The translations under genes were made by a program, and so were the position numbers. The notes under the pieces are model-generated. The model worked only from the letters and a program-made list of their open reading frames with translations. It had not been told where the DNA came from and searched no databases. Positions 61,577-64,000 of a stretch of 64,000 bases of DNA are shown one piece after another. How positions within the stretch are numbered: position 1 is the first letter of the stretch; each line of letters begins with the position of its first letter. This DNA is from Podarcis erhardii (Eukaryota): assembly GCA_964252035.1 (NCBI GenBank), contig OZ176201.1, one strand, 5' to 3'.

Positions 61577-61783
61577 ATTAGGAAGACTGACTCACCTATT
61601 GTATCAACGTGTAAGAGAAGCCAGGCGGACTATTCCATCTCCTGGCACCCACGTGTACAGCATGAAGGTCTGCAGAGAGGGAGCTGCTTCTTCCCTGCGC
61701 AGAGGGCAGTAGGTGGAGCCAGTTGGACCATGTGATGTTGGGAGCAGGACTTGTCCATGCAGCCCTGCTCACTAGTCACATGT

Positions 61784-62297
61784 TGTTAGAGACCGTGCTG
61801 AGGAGGGCTGCACAGATGAGGAATAGTGGGAGCCTCCCCCTCCCCCTGCTCCTACTCTTGAATCTTCCCAGGAGCAGGAGGACAGTATAGATTTGGAACA
61901 GTGGTTTGCAGAGGGACATAGTTCAGAAGGCAGAAGCTGGGAAATACTGGATGGGGAACAGCTAGGAGAAGAAACACCGGAAGAGAGAGGGTTAACAGAT
62001 TCACAGTCTCTGGACAGCATCCCTCTGCTCAACCCAAGGTCAAGAAGAGCTCAGAAAGTGTCGAAACAGAAAGCACAGAGGGTACAAGCTCAGATTAACA
62101 AGGTGCAGGAGTGACATAGATTAATAGGGACAGAAGGGGGTGTGATCCTTAATTGGGAGCACTGCCATTTCTAGGAAATGTGTTCTTTGTTCTCTTGCTG
62201 TGATTATTAAAGTTTCTAACTGGTAAGACGTTCCTATCTTTGATCTGCTTATCTACTGCCATGGGGGGGGGGGGAGCCGATTTCCCAGAGTCTGACA
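61784..62297 (+). mobile_element. Solo LTR (514 bp) with a nearly intact reading frame
   Basis: TGTTAG...CTGACA ends; perfect 5-bp TSD CATGT (61779-61783, 62298-62302); ATTAAA near 62206; frame open from 61785 to the stop at 62114 except for one TAG. Confidence 0.85.
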
Positions 62298-63246
62298 CAT
62301 GTGGATAGATTGTGTGAGTCGTTCTTCTGAGCAAGGCTGGTCCTTCTGGCCATGTGCAGTGTCAGGTGTTGCCTTGCTATATGTATCTTATCCATGCGTA
62401 ACAGCTGGCATCCCTGACAGATGTCTGCAGATCTTTATGAGACCTTATTTCTTTCTCAGAGATTTACATGCAGCTTTTTGCAGCATTCTACAGTGGGTTT
62501 TCTAGTCCGCTAACAAAGTAATAATGATATTTATTGTTCTGTTTATCATTAAAATGCCAAGAGGCCCACCGTTAAAATGCCAGGACACCCAGAGTCCAAC
62601 AAAATAGTCCAGGGAACAAAATCACCATTGCGTTTCAGAATGATTTCCCATTAAATTTTATTTTTATTAATATTTAATGCAATAAAACAACATATTAGGC
62701 TGCTGTACTTAACGTTCCAGCTATGCTGCAATTATTGCCCATCCTCTTAGGCCCCTTCATCACAAAATAATCTGGCTACAGGCATGCATGAAGCTCACCC
62801 CTATTTCATCTTTCCAGTTCCATTGTTGCTGTTCTTTGTCCAAAGCCTAAAAGTCCTCTCAGGCAGACAAAGGTCTTTTTTCTCCCCCATTTTGGTTATG
62901 GATTTGAATGTGCTATTAACACAGTGGAGACCAAATATGTCATTGGCAGCTGCAGGCATTGGTTTACAATACAAATGTGCAATGATTAAGTCACTTAGTA
63001 AAAAAAAAAAAGGGGGGGGGGAGAAGGGAAGCAAGAGAGAACACACAGACCAACATTTTCTGATTTTGAGCCTTTGTGTTTGAATCTGGAGCAAAGCATA
63101 TTGTATTTGAAATAAGAGAAGAAGCTGCTTCCCACATAGACGGAATAATTATCAGTAATTTGTAGCCAAAATGAGCCTTAAACAAAATATAATTTGGAAT
63201 ATATCCATTCACCCATCTGAAATGAGTTGCAGTGTATATGTGTATA

Positions 63247-63252
<6 letters not shown>

Positions 63253-63287
<35 letters not shown>
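63253..63287. repeat. (TG)n microsatellite
   Basis: About 17 units. Confidence 0.97.
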
Positions 63288-63288
<1 letters not shown>

Positions 63289-64000
63289 ATTAATTTATGG
63301 TGGTGGGGTGGGTGTGGATGTCAGGCACTGGTAGGTTACTACTGTTCAAGTATCTCTTCTCAGATTATATGCCTTAAAGCTTTGAAATTTGTTGCAGTTC
63401 CCCTTTTCGTGTGTGGAGACAAATCTTTTCCCCAAGTCCTATATGTAGAAGAATGGCCGTTACCTGGACTGTATTTACCTTGAGTCACATGGCCATATAT
63501 ATCAAATGGCATTTAGGGATTGCCTTATTATTATGACACAATGGCCTGAAGGGTTGGGGCGAGAGGCATGGAGTTTGCTCTCTGGGGAAGAATCCTGCTA
63601 ACAGAAGTTTGGCTTATTCCCATGTCTCCACCATGCAAATGGATTGTTCAGCCAGATAAGTGTTCGCACTAGAGCTGGAGAGATGCTTTTGCAGCAGCAT
63701 TAGTGTCCGAGGCATTTAAAAATAAATAAATCACACAATATTCCTCTCGGAGGATGATGAGGATGCGCTGTCAGACTCCAAACCTTTTATATGAGGAGTA
63801 TTCATCAGCTTACCAACTATCCAGGCTGTTTGTATTGGAACAACCTGCTAGCAAAGTCAGATCATGTAGACCGAGTCCAGAGAGAAAAGAATTCCTTATA
63901 GCACTTAACTGAGGAAACTGAACAAGCCACAGTGTATAACCTGAGACAAAAGAAATGGAGAGAGTTTGTCTTTCTTTCTTCAGGCTTTGTACACAGCAGG

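Overview
Eukaryotic, repeat-rich, essentially non-coding window from a squamate reptile, most likely a lacertid lizard. This rests on Sauria SINEs, Squam3-type CORE SINEs, Bov-B, L2, CR1, L1, RTE, Penelope remnants and many hAT and Tc1/mariner MITEs; family names are from recognition by eye, not a database search. I recognise no host protein-coding exon, rRNA, true tRNA gene or CRISPR array. The ORF-track hits that can be named are decayed LINE fragments, and the rest look like chance frames. The window behaves like a large intron or gene desert, with TE-poor blocks that look like conserved non-coding sequence. Three signals stand out. (1) Two solo LTRs (37024-37524, 61784-62297; TG..CA ends, 5-bp TSDs) are diverged in DNA but encode an alignable acidic-then-basic peptide of about 100 aa, starting at base 2 of the LTR with no ATG; their differences in conserved blocks are mostly synonymous. 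(2) A Penelope-derived perfect 96-bp hairpin carries a minimal type I hammerhead ribozyme (21172-21209, minus). (3) LINE fragments are strongly biased to the minus strand, and there are several phase-compatible plus-strand exon candidates, hinting at an unidentified plus-strand host transcript.
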